In this document: positions 39,330 through 47,424 of the stretch, one piece after another
Numbering within the stretch: the stretch's first letter is position 1
Layout: every line of letters starts with the position of its first letter
From: Alphaproteobacteria bacterium
GTDB taxonomy: Bacteria; Pseudomonadota; Alphaproteobacteria; Micavibrionales; UBA2020
Reading direction: 5' to 3'
DNA length: 64,000 nt
NCBI GenBank assembly: GCA_041287865.1
Contig: JBGGMV010000072.1
Coordinates: forward strand, 41,978 to 105,977
Notes under the pieces: generated by a model
What the model was told of the DNA's origin: nothing
Seen by the model: only the letters and a program-made list of their open reading frames with translations
The model's database searches: none
Position numbers and translations under genes: made by a program

Positions 39330-40610
39330 ATGGCTAACGAACCCACCAAGAGAGACGAGACGATTGCCAAGGTTTTCGCTGCCACCGCCGGCAACGACAA
39401 CGCGAACAAGTTTTATGAAGACGTCGTCAACTATGCGACCGCCGATGCAGATGCCAAGGCCCGCATGGACAAGCTGATCGCCACCATCGACAGCAAAGAC
39501 CTCAACACCATCACCATCTTCGCGAAAGAACCGACCGACGCTCTCAGAAAATCGTCGGAAGACATCGTGAAGCGCGCGCAGGGTGCAACCTCGTTCCTCG
39601 GCGCCTTCGGCTCGATCAAGGACAAGCTCGCCAACTTCGACTTCAACACCGTCGGCAAGATGGCAGGCGACTACGCGAAAATGGTCGACCGCAAGCTCTC
39701 GATGGCGGCTATTTCCTTCTGGAACAGCCCGATCAAGAAAATCTGGTACGCCATCACCGGCGTTACCGGCCGCAACGCCTCGATGGACAAGATTTCCCAC
39801 GAAATCGACAAGTCCCTCATCCAGCTGGGCGACGTGATGGCCGACCTGGAACAGTCGAAAGACAAGATCCCGGGCGTCCAGACCGACCTCAACACGCTGG
39901 AAGCGGCTCGTCTTGCTTCCTACAGCGAATACGGCCTCTACCTCGGCGCCGCGCTGGAAAAACTGCGCCGCGTGCAGGAAGAACTGCCGAAACTGCAGGA
40001 AGAAGCAGGCTCCAGCCCGCTGAAACAGGCTGAATACCGCAACGCGAAAATCGCGATGACGGTTCTCAACGCCAAGTGCACCGACATGGACAGCTTCCAC
40101 AAGACGAGCCTTGTGCAGCTGAAAACCATCGACGACCTGCAGGAAGCGCTTGCCATGTGCTCGCTCAAGATCGACAGCCACCTGACGATCTCGCAGGGCC
40201 AATGGACGGCGCTGCTGGCCGAAGCCGCAACTGCGGTCCAGATCGGCAACATGGCGCAGACCGTTGCCGCTGCTGACGCCTTCGGCGACAAGATCTTCGA
40301 ACAGACCCAGTCGCTCGCCGACATGACGAAGGCGCTTGCCCGTTCGTCCTTCGGCCATGGTACGCTGGATCCGGTGAAGGTTGTCCAGCACCTGCAAAAA
40401 CGCACGCAGGACATCAAGGACGACATGGTCTTCATCGATCAGTTCAACGCCAAGATGGTCGAACAGCGCGCGCAGCTTGATGAAGCCGGCCGCCAGTTCC
40501 GCCTTGCTGCAACGAAAGTCTACGATCCTGCTGCTACCAAGCAGGTTGCTGACGACGCCATCAAGGCGCTGCCGGCACCCTCCGCAGCTTCGAAGCAGCC
40601 CAGCCTCTAA
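39330..40610 (+). CDS. TelA-like (toxic anion resistance family) helical protein
   Basis: 426 aa. Its order of conserved patches resembles TelA/KlaB/YceH as I remember it: DLNTITIFAKEPTDALRKSSEDIV, LEAARLASYSEYGLYLGAALEKL, TISQGQWTALL, GTLDPVKVVQHLQKRTQDI. The RBS is GAAGGA. Confidence 0.5.
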   Translation: MANEPTKRDETIAKVFAATAGNDNANKFYEDVVNYATADADAKARMDKLIATIDSKDLNTITIFAKEPTDALRKSSEDIVKRAQGATSFLGAFGSIKDKLANFDFNTVGKMAGDYAKMVDRKLSMAAISFWNSPIKKIWYAITGVTGRNASMDKISHEIDKSLIQLGDVMADLEQSKDKIPGVQTDLNTLEAARLASYSEYGLYLGAALEKLRRVQEELPKLQEEAGSSPLKQAEYRNAKIAMTVLNAKCTDMDSFHKTSLVQLKTIDDLQEALAMCSLKIDSHLTISQGQWTALLAEAATAVQIGNMAQTVAAADAFGDKIFEQTQSLADMTKALARSSFGHGTLDPVKVVQHLQKRTQDIKDDMVFIDQFNAKMVEQRAQLDEAGRQFRLAATKVYDPAATKQVADDAIKALPAPSAASKQPSL

Positions 40611-40636
40611 ACCTAAAACGGCAGGAGCCGACCGTC

Positions 40637-42088
40637 ATGGCATCAGATCAGAACCCCGTCAGCAAGTTGTTCAACAGCGGCGCCAACGCGCCCCTTGCAA
40701 AACGGGCCCGAATCGATGGCCGGACGGTCGGCTTCACGCCTGAGGGCGAGAATTCCGACGTTGTCGAATGGATGGGCATGACGCCCGTTCCCGGCAACAA
40801 GCACGGCTGGTACGTCATCACCGTGCAGGAAGAACCGAACAAGTATAACAAGAGCGTGCCGCAGGGCGAGGTTATTGTTCGCGTCGTCAAGACGCTCGGC
40901 ACCGACAAGGAAGGCCCGCTGACCTTCGAAAAAGCGGTGGAGTATCTGGCCGTGTGGGAATTGGCCCGCATGGCGAAGGGCGCTTCGCCCATTCCCGGCA
41001 ACGACCGCGCCGGCGTGGGCCGTCACCACTTCAAAGACATCCTGATGCGCAAGAATTGCCTTGTCAGCATCACGGGCCAGATCGCCGAAGTGGCCGACAT
41101 CTATCCTGCCAACGAGGGCAAGTTCCTGAAAGCCGACCTCGACGCGCTGCAGCAGTTCCAGGAAGGCCTGCGCGGCGAGAATATCCTGAACGAGCTGATC
41201 CACAGCAAAGATCCCCTGTTCGTCTCCGAAACCTCGCTCGACGACGACCTCGACAGCTTCGGCGAAATCAGCATGTTCGAAAACATGGCTTTCTTCACCG
41301 ATATCCTTGTTCATTACGCCGGCGTGAAGCTGGAACAGGTGCAGAAGTTCTTCGAAGACCCGACCCGCAAGGATCAAATTGATCTTCCGGCAGCCATGTC
41401 GCAGGACAAGTTCTTCACGCCCGAGAAAATCGCCAAGATCAACGAGCTGAAGGCCGAGCTGGCCGACGGCATCTTCCGCGCCTGCCATGTCGCGCGCGAA
41501 GACTGGGATAGCACGATCGACCTGAACAGCCGCCAGGTGCGCGTTGAGCTGATGAAAAACCCCGAAGCCGTCGAGACGCTGCGCTATCTCGACCACAAAA
41601 TCGGCTATCCGCTGAAAGAAGCCGATGTCGACAGTATCCTGTTTACCGCCGCCCGCGGCCTCGATTATTTCCGCCAGCTGCTTGCCGACAGCAAGCAGAA
41701 GGACCTGATGGAGCGCAAGGGCGTTTACAAGCAGGGCGATATCGACGACCTGCTCAACTACCTCGACTTGCTCGACCTGAAATACGAATACAAGAACCTG
41801 GCCGAGCGCGCCGTGACGCTGCCCGGCACCAAGCGTTCCGCCGAGCTGGAAGAGAAAAAAGAAGCCTTCAAGATCATGGTCGAGGAATTCAAGCAGACCC
41901 TGAAACGCGGTCAGGATTACTCCCCCGCGATGGAAAAACAGGTCGACGATTTCATCCGCGCCGGCACCCCCGTCTATCTGCTCGACCGCATCGCCACGAT
42001 GCCCGAGCGGATGGACAAGGCGAAGCAGTTCGTGCGTGACCGCCTGTTGCCGCCGCCGGTCAAGCCGGCCACGCCGCCGAAGCCGTAA
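40637..42088 (+). CDS. Hypothetical protein (483 aa), mostly helical, Pro/Lys-rich C-terminal tail
   Basis: Long ORF with an AGGAG RBS and host-like codon usage. No recognisable catalytic or nucleotide-binding motif. Ends LLPPPVKPATPPKP. Confidence 0.6.
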   Translation: MASDQNPVSKLFNSGANAPLAKRARIDGRTVGFTPEGENSDVVEWMGMTPVPGNKHGWYVITVQEEPNKYNKSVPQGEVIVRVVKTLGTDKEGPLTFEKAVEYLAVWELARMAKGASPIPGNDRAGVGRHHFKDILMRKNCLVSITGQIAEVADIYPANEGKFLKADLDALQQFQEGLRGENILNELIHSKDPLFVSETSLDDDLDSFGEISMFENMAFFTDILVHYAGVKLEQVQKFFEDPTRKDQIDLPAAMSQDKFFTPEKIAKINELKAELADGIFRACHVAREDWDSTIDLNSRQVRVELMKNPEAVETLRYLDHKIGYPLKEADVDSILFTAARGLDYFRQLLADSKQKDLMERKGVYKQGDIDDLLNYLDLLDLKYEYKNLAERAVTLPGTKRSAELEEKKEAFKIMVEEFKQTLKRGQDYSPAMEKQVDDFIRAGTPVYLLDRIATMPERMDKAKQFVRDRLLPPPVKPATPPKP

Positions 42089-42114
42089 TAAGAAAAGTTT
42101 AGAGGGAGTTCATT

Positions 42115-43134
42115 ATGCCTTTCAAATTCAATCCGAATAAAAAAAGCGACGACAAGGGCCTCGGCAAGATCAATATCGAGGGCGACGGCACGGCGCAGAG
42201 CAATGCCGACAAGCAGGTTGCAGCCGAAAACGCCGCAGCCGCGACACGCAAGAAATGGATCATCGGCGGCGGCGTTGCGGGCCTCGCGCTCGTCGTCGGC
42301 CTGACGGCTGTCTTCTCGGGTGCGTCGAAGAACGACAACACGCCCCCCGCGCCGCAGCCCACGCAGCAAACCCAGCAACAGCAACCCACGCAGCCGCAGT
42401 ATCAGGAGCCGCAGGGCCAGTACACCGCGCCCGCCGCAACGGCCAGCCAGCTGCTGCAGCAGAGCGTCCGTGCCAAGGAAAGCGTCATTTACCGCGACGA
42501 GTCAGCCGTCTTCCACGACAAGGCTGGCCGCCCCGCAGAGGCCTACCTGACCGTTGACGGCCGCGAAGTGCAGAAGGGGCAGGATTTCGCTGTCCATGCC
42601 GCGCTGTTCAACAAGGGCGGTTTCAGCCTGCTCATCGCCTCCGGCCCCTATGCCGGCACGCGCCTCGAAGTGTTCCCCGTCAACAACAACGGCGGCTCGC
42701 GCTTCACCTACACCAAAACCGGTCAGGAAGCTGTCGGTTCTGATGGTCGCACCGTTGTTTTCAACGCTACGCCCGCATCGCAGCGCCTGACGCAGACTGT
42801 GTCCATGAAATCCCCCACGCAGCTGGGTTCCGGCGTGCAGGCGCCCTCCAACGGCTGGACGTTCGAGCAGATGGGTCAGGGCTCCAAAGGCTACACCCGC
42901 GCGTTCGAGCTGAAGGGCAACCCCGATGACGGCGTCTTCTCGGTCAAGCTCTGGAACGACGATACCTTTACCTTCAACCTGAAGAACGGCGAATACACAT
43001 TTGACAGCGTCTTCCTCTTCCACCCCAACTATCTGCAGACAGGGGAAAGCGTCAAAGGCACTCCGGTCGTGAATGGAGCGATGAATTTCGCCCCGGCCGC
43101 AGCACCCGTGCGCGCAAGCAAGCCGGGATTGTAA
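42115..43134 (+). CDS. Hypothetical single-pass membrane protein with Q/P-rich linker and beta-rich C-terminal domain
   Basis: GAGGGAG RBS. TM helix WIIGGGVAGLALVVGLTAVF, then the linker PPAPQPTQQTQQQQPTQPQYQEPQGQ. The C-terminal roughly 220 aa are rich in short alternating strands. Confidence 0.6.
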   Translation: MPFKFNPNKKSDDKGLGKINIEGDGTAQSNADKQVAAENAAAATRKKWIIGGGVAGLALVVGLTAVFSGASKNDNTPPAPQPTQQTQQQQPTQPQYQEPQGQYTAPAATASQLLQQSVRAKESVIYRDESAVFHDKAGRPAEAYLTVDGREVQKGQDFAVHAALFNKGGFSLLIASGPYAGTRLEVFPVNNNGGSRFTYTKTGQEAVGSDGRTVVFNATPASQRLTQTVSMKSPTQLGSGVQAPSNGWTFEQMGQGSKGYTRAFELKGNPDDGVFSVKLWNDDTFTFNLKNGEYTFDSVFLFHPNYLQTGESVKGTPVVNGAMNFAPAAAPVRASKPGL

Positions 43135-43173
43135 CTGACCCGGGGTTAACCCGAGGCCCAGATGAACTGGAAT

Positions 43174-43204
43174 TCAGGCCGCCGTAACGCGGCCTGATTT
43201 TTTT
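43174..43204 (+). terminator. Intrinsic terminator of the four-gene operon
   Basis: TCAGGCCGC-CGTAAC-GCGGCCTGA followed by TTTTTTT, located 40 nt after the stop at 43134. Confidence 0.85.
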
Positions 43205-43212
43205 GAGGCGGG

Positions 43213-44112
43213 CTAAAAGGGATAATCCGGCATCGGTTTCGACGGCGGGTTGGGCGGCTGCGGTGTCACCGGTTTCGGTGGCGTCTTGCCCGAGACGGCG
43301 TTGAAGGCCGGGCAGATGTCTTTCGCGCGGCAGAAACGGCATTGCTTGGCGGCATTGGCGTTCAGCGTCAAGTCATCCTTGTTCTTGCTGATCTGAAACA
43401 GCTTGTGCTCCGTCACCGCCTGCGCAACGCCTGCCTTGGCGTCCTTGGCGAAGGCGCGCAGCTCGGTGGCGCTGACGCTGGTCTCGCTGGTATGGCGCAG
43501 GCGCGGCATGTGGATGACCATGTTGATGGTGGTGATGTCGATATCCTTGCCGTAAGCCTCGAGCGCGCCGGCGGCATAGGTCATCAGCTGGGTGTTGTTC
43601 TTGGCGTTGATTTTAGATGACTGGCCGTACTTGAAATCCTCGACCGATATCAGGCCCGTGCCGTCCTTGAATTCCACGACGATCAGGGTATCGGCAATGC
43701 CCGACTGGCCGGGCACGCCCACCACGGGGCTGGTGTCGATGCGTTTTTCGACGTGAAGGTTCACGTTCTTGACGTTCGCATCGGCCTTGTAGGCGTCGAT
43801 GCGGTTTTTGACGTGGTCGACATAGGTCTGCGCGTGCTTGCACATTTCCGCGTCGACGGTGAATTCGTATTTCGTTTCTTGCGGCGTGCCTTTATGGCTG
43901 TGGAGCAGGATTTTCTTGCCCATATAGGCCTTGGCATCGAACCCGCCGTCGGTCAGCGCCCATTGTGCGAGCGTGTGCGCGGCATGGCCTTCGTCGGTGA
44001 AGAAAGTTTCCTTGCGCGGCACGGTTTGTTCGAGCGCGACCGAGCCCGGGCAGGCGATCACGCGGTCAAGCGTCGAGGCAGGAAAGGTCAGTCGTTTTTG
44101 CGGCTGCGCCAT
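43213..44112 (-). CDS. Cas4/RecB-family PD-(D/E)xK nuclease with four-Cys (Fe-S) signature
   Basis: N-terminal Cys (VIACPGS) plus the C-terminal CRFCRAKDIC (CX2CX5C). Nuclease motifs GIADTLIVV and VEDFKYG (DxK), and QLMTY (QxxxY). Pro-rich tail KTPPKPVTPQPPNPPSKP. Confidence 0.7.
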   Translation of the reverse strand: MAQPQKRLTFPASTLDRVIACPGSVALEQTVPRKETFFTDEGHAAHTLAQWALTDGGFDAKAYMGKKILLHSHKGTPQETKYEFTVDAEMCKHAQTYVDHVKNRIDAYKADANVKNVNLHVEKRIDTSPVVGVPGQSGIADTLIVVEFKDGTGLISVEDFKYGQSSKINAKNNTQLMTYAAGALEAYGKDIDITTINMVIHMPRLRHTSETSVSATELRAFAKDAKAGVAQAVTEHKLFQISKNKDDLTLNANAAKQCRFCRAKDICPAFNAVSGKTPPKPVTPQPPNPPSKPMPDYPF

Positions 44113-44185
44113 CGGTCTAGTCCCTAAATGCTTTAAACAATAGGGAAACTATATTATGTATAGAGATCGAAGGCAACCGATATTT

Positions 44186-44203
44186 ATACTGTAAAAACAG
44201 TAT
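44186..44203. promoter_or_regulatory. Perfect palindrome ATACTGT-AAAA-ACAGTAT upstream of the nuclease gene
   Basis: 7-bp arms in the AT-rich 101-bp gap (44113-44213), 74-91 nt upstream of the nuclease ATG. Candidate operator. Confidence 0.4.
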
Positions 44204-44213
44204 GTTATCCGCG

Positions 44214-44864
44214 TTACTCTTTCAGCTTCACGGTAATCGTGCCGTCGCCGACCTTGATATCCTCGACACCTTCCGAGAAAGCCTTCCAGAAACCCGCGTC
44301 GCCGAATTCATGCACAAGGTCGACATTTTTTAAGTTACCGAGCCAGCTGTTCGGGATAGCGACGCCCCAGACGGTCACGCCCTTCAGGATCACGATCGGG
44401 CGCCTGTCGCCGAATTTCAGCTCGAGGCCCGCGGAAATGCGCAGGATCTTGCCGCCGACAATCGGCAGCTCGGGGTCGAGCGGCACCAGCGCCTTCGCGC
44501 TGACGAGGTCAGGCGAAAGATCAATGGCGACGCGCGATGCCAGGTCGGCGTTGCCATTGGCGACCAGCGCGTTGATCTCGCGCTCGGTAAAGGTGATCTG
44601 GTGCGAGGCATTGGTCTCGGTGTATTTTTCGGGGACAAGCTCGCCTTTGGGCGTGTCGACCTTGACGGGCTCGCCGATTTCGATACCCAGCGCATGAACC
44701 TTGCTGTCCAGCGTAACCTTTTCCTTGCTGCTCAGTGTCACGGGGCTGAAGGCGGAGGGGAAGAGCCATGCATGGATCAGGAAGACAACGACAATGGTCG
44801 TGACAACCGATATGGCGACGGTCATCAGCGTGTTGTTTTTCTGCTTCGGTGCGGGTTCGGTCAT
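44214..44864 (-). CDS. Hypothetical N-terminally membrane-anchored protein
   Basis: TM helix LMTVAISVVTTIVVVFLIHAWLF followed by a soluble domain of about 170 aa. The start overlaps the upstream stop (ATGA). Confidence 0.6.
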   Translation of the reverse strand: MTEPAPKQKNNTLMTVAISVVTTIVVVFLIHAWLFPSAFSPVTLSSKEKVTLDSKVHALGIEIGEPVKVDTPKGELVPEKYTETNASHQITFTEREINALVANGNADLASRVAIDLSPDLVSAKALVPLDPELPIVGGKILRISAGLELKFGDRRPIVILKGVTVWGVAIPNSWLGNLKNVDLVHEFGDAGFWKAFSEGVEDIKVGDGTITVKLKE

Positions 44865-45385
44865 GGTTTGGGAGCCTTCGGTGTTAGCGCTTTCGGCGCG
44901 GGTTTCACGGCCAGTTTCTTCAATTCCTGCACATGCTGGTCAAGCGTCCGCCCGGCCATTTCGCCGGCAACGGCGGGTTTCAGCGTCGCCATGGCCTGCT
45001 GCGCGCCCTGCGTCAGGGCTGCGAATTCCGGCAGGCTGGTGGTGGTCTTGCCAATGTCGCGCATGGCGGCGGGCACGGACATGATAGCTTTGCGCGCATC
45101 GTCGCTGTCGGCCAGCGCGAAGGCGCGCGCGAAGGCCTGCTCCAGCGTCACCGCCGAAAGCGTCACGCGTTTCAGCGCATCGGTGTTGCTATTGGCTTCC
45201 GAGGGCAGGGGGCGCAGGCGCATCGCTTCGGCAGCGGCCAGCATCGGCTCCGCGATCGAAGGCTCTTTCGCGGCGGCGGCCTCCATCGCTTTCGCGACTT
45301 CGGTGCGAAAGACGAGGACGGACTGGTCGTAGGCGTCCATCAGTTTCTTGTCTTCGGGCGTTTTGATGTCGAAAAACAGTCCCAT
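44861..45385 (-). CDS. Hypothetical Ala-rich helical protein with Pro/Lys tail
   Basis: 174-aa ORF coupled to the downstream gene. Ends AVKPAPKALTPKAPKP. No family was recognised. Confidence 0.5.
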   Translation of the reverse strand: MGLFFDIKTPEDKKLMDAYDQSVLVFRTEVAKAMEAAAAKEPSIAEPMLAAAEAMRLRPLPSEANSNTDALKRVTLSAVTLEQAFARAFALADSDDARKAIMSVPAAMRDIGKTTTSLPEFAALTQGAQQAMATLKPAVAGEMAGRTLDQHVQELKKLAVKPAPKALTPKAPKP

Positions 45386-45397
45386 GTTTGTCTCCTG

Positions 45398-47044
45398 TTA
45401 TGCCTTGCGCTGCAGCCAGCCGCGGTAATGGACGATCAGGCCGGTCAGCGGATGCGAAATCTTGACGTCGAAATTAAAGCGCCCGTCCTGAACGAATTCG
45501 CTGCCAACCGCGCGCGGGCCCAGCCATAGCGGCAGCGGCAGGCCGAGAATACTCCAGCGGCGCAGGACAAGCAACAAGCGCCCGTTTTCCTCCACCAGCG
45601 CAAGCGCGAAGGCGAGGGGGCCGAAACGCTCTATCATCAGCCGCGCCGAACGCCCCGTGCCGGGGTAAATGCGGCTGCTGAACCGGCTGTCGCCGAAACT
45701 GCGCGTCCATTTCTCCGTCGCACCCTTGACGTCGAATCTCACGCTAATGGGCAGGTTTTCGCCCGCAGGCGGAAAGCGCATCAACAGGCAGGCGAGTTTT
45801 GCCAGCAGACCGCTGCCGCGCGCGACCGATCCGGTGCCTTCGGCCGTCGTCAGGCCTTCCACGCCGTGCATGTCGCGTAAAGCTTGCGGCAGCCTGTCCC
45901 AGGCGTCGCCGAGGATACGGCGGTGCAGCGGCAGCGCTTCTTCCGCTGTATCGTTATGCGTGCCGGTATAGATTGTGCGCGGGGAGAATTGCGCGTGATA
46001 ATCCTCCAGCGTTATATCATCCAGCGCCGCGCGTGCGCCTGCTGCGAATTTTTCACCGGCAAGGCGTCTTGCTACCAATGACGCCGCCGGCATCGAGGGG
46101 ATCAGCGGGCCATCGGCGCCTTCGGCCAGCAGGTGCCATGATTTCGTCACGCCGCCGCCAGACACTTCCACGAACATGCCGCCCCGGTGCTCGCCCCAGC
46201 TGAGCCTGCAGACCGCCCAGTACATCAGCGGCGCAAGGCGGGCCAGAGATTTGACAAGGCCAAGGCGCACCAGCCATGCAAAACCAACCAGCGACCAGTG
46301 CAGCGGCTCCGGCACCGGCCCCGCGCCCATCCAGACATGCGCGTCCGGCCAGATTTTGCGCAGGATGCGCAGGTCAGGCACATCGACCAGCGAGAACAGG
46401 CGGTTGCCGACGGGCACGCGGCCCGGCACGGCGATGGTATAGCGCATGATTTCGGTGAGGGGCCGCGCCCTGCGCCCCCCCGCATCGATATCCTGCCCCG
46501 CATAACCTGCGATCACGCGGATAACGTTCATGCCGACATTGGCGAAGGGGGAGGGCGCAATGCCGCCCTTGATGCTCTCCACCTTCGGCATATCGGCCGA
46601 CAATTGCCGCACGACGGCGGCGGTCAGCACGGGAAAACTCGACACGCCTGACAGCACGAAGACTCCTGCCGCTTTGGCCGCTGCGTCATGCGCGGAAATG
46701 CCCATGACGAAGTCGGAGCTATCGGCAAGGTCGATATAATTGATGCCGCCACGGATGCAGGCCTCGACCAGTTTATAGGCGTCGCTGCCGTAATCCTGAA
46801 ACGGGCCGCTGGCGTCCACAACGATATCGGGCTTGAAGGGCGAGGGATCTGCTCCGCGATCGAACTGCGCGGGCACCAGCTTCGCCTTCGCACCCGTGCG
46901 GGCGGCGCACCAGGCCTTGGCCTTGTCGAGCGAGCGGCCGGCAATGATGAAGGTCAGCCCCTCATGATGCTCCAGCAGCTCGACCATGCGTCCGCCGAAG
47001 GTGCCGTAGCCGCCTACAACGAGGATGGTGAGCGCGCCGGACAT
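45398..47044 (-). CDS. Saccharopine dehydrogenase-like NAD(P)-binding protein with DUF4166-like C-terminal domain
   Basis: N-terminal Rossmann motif ILVVGGYGTFGGRMVELL. The C-terminal half resembles DUF4166 as I remember it (weak). Confidence 0.6.
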   Translation of the reverse strand: MSGALTILVVGGYGTFGGRMVELLEHHEGLTFIIAGRSLDKAKAWCAARTGAKAKLVPAQFDRGADPSPFKPDIVVDASGPFQDYGSDAYKLVEACIRGGINYIDLADSSDFVMGISAHDAAAKAAGVFVLSGVSSFPVLTAAVVRQLSADMPKVESIKGGIAPSPFANVGMNVIRVIAGYAGQDIDAGGRRARPLTEIMRYTIAVPGRVPVGNRLFSLVDVPDLRILRKIWPDAHVWMGAGPVPEPLHWSLVGFAWLVRLGLVKSLARLAPLMYWAVCRLSWGEHRGGMFVEVSGGGVTKSWHLLAEGADGPLIPSMPAASLVARRLAGEKFAAGARAALDDITLEDYHAQFSPRTIYTGTHNDTAEEALPLHRRILGDAWDRLPQALRDMHGVEGLTTAEGTGSVARGSGLLAKLACLLMRFPPAGENLPISVRFDVKGATEKWTRSFGDSRFSSRIYPGTGRSARLMIERFGPLAFALALVEENGRLLLVLRRWSILGLPLPLWLGPRAVGSEFVQDGRFNFDVKISHPLTGLIVHYRGWLQRKA

Positions 47045-47055
47045 TTGGGGTCAGC

Positions 47056-47325
47056 TTATTTTTTGGGTTTGAGGAATTTCTTCTTCAGCTGCTCGAGGCT
47101 CGGGCCCTGCACGACGCCGGTCATGTCGAGCGGCTTGGCGCGGTCTTCGATGATTTCTTTCAGAATGCCCGCATACTGGCCCAGCATGGCCGCGCGATGG
47201 TCCTGGCATTCGATCTTTGCCTGTTTCGAGGCTTTGTCGAATTGTGCTTTCAGGTCGGCATCGTCGAGAACGGAGTCGAGGAAGTCTTTCACGTCTTCGC
47301 GTTGTTGTTTGTTGAAGAAGGGCAT
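47056..47325 (-). CDS. Hypothetical small charged helical protein (89 aa)
   Basis: First ORF of the minus-strand operon. The RBS is AAGGA. 11 nt separate it from the next gene. Ends KKKFLKPKK. Confidence 0.5.
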   Translation of the reverse strand: MPFFNKQQREDVKDFLDSVLDDADLKAQFDKASKQAKIECQDHRAAMLGQYAGILKEIIEDRAKPLDMTGVVQGPSLEQLKKKFLKPKK

Positions 47326-47424
47326 GGGGAATCCTTTCGTGATTCAATTGAATTGCGGGCGTAGTGTCTCTCTATTTCCACCGCCGGTCAATTCCAGAAT
47401 ATTTTTGTTTTAAGTATCTGATTT

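Noticed and set aside
44186-44203. Reading the CTGT/ACAG palindrome as a LexA SOS box controlling the nuclease.
   Set aside because: The spacing (CTG-N6-CAG) does not match the E. coli-type box (CTG-N10-CAG). The GTTC-type direct repeat usual in alphaproteobacteria is absent. It is kept only as an unassigned operator candidate.
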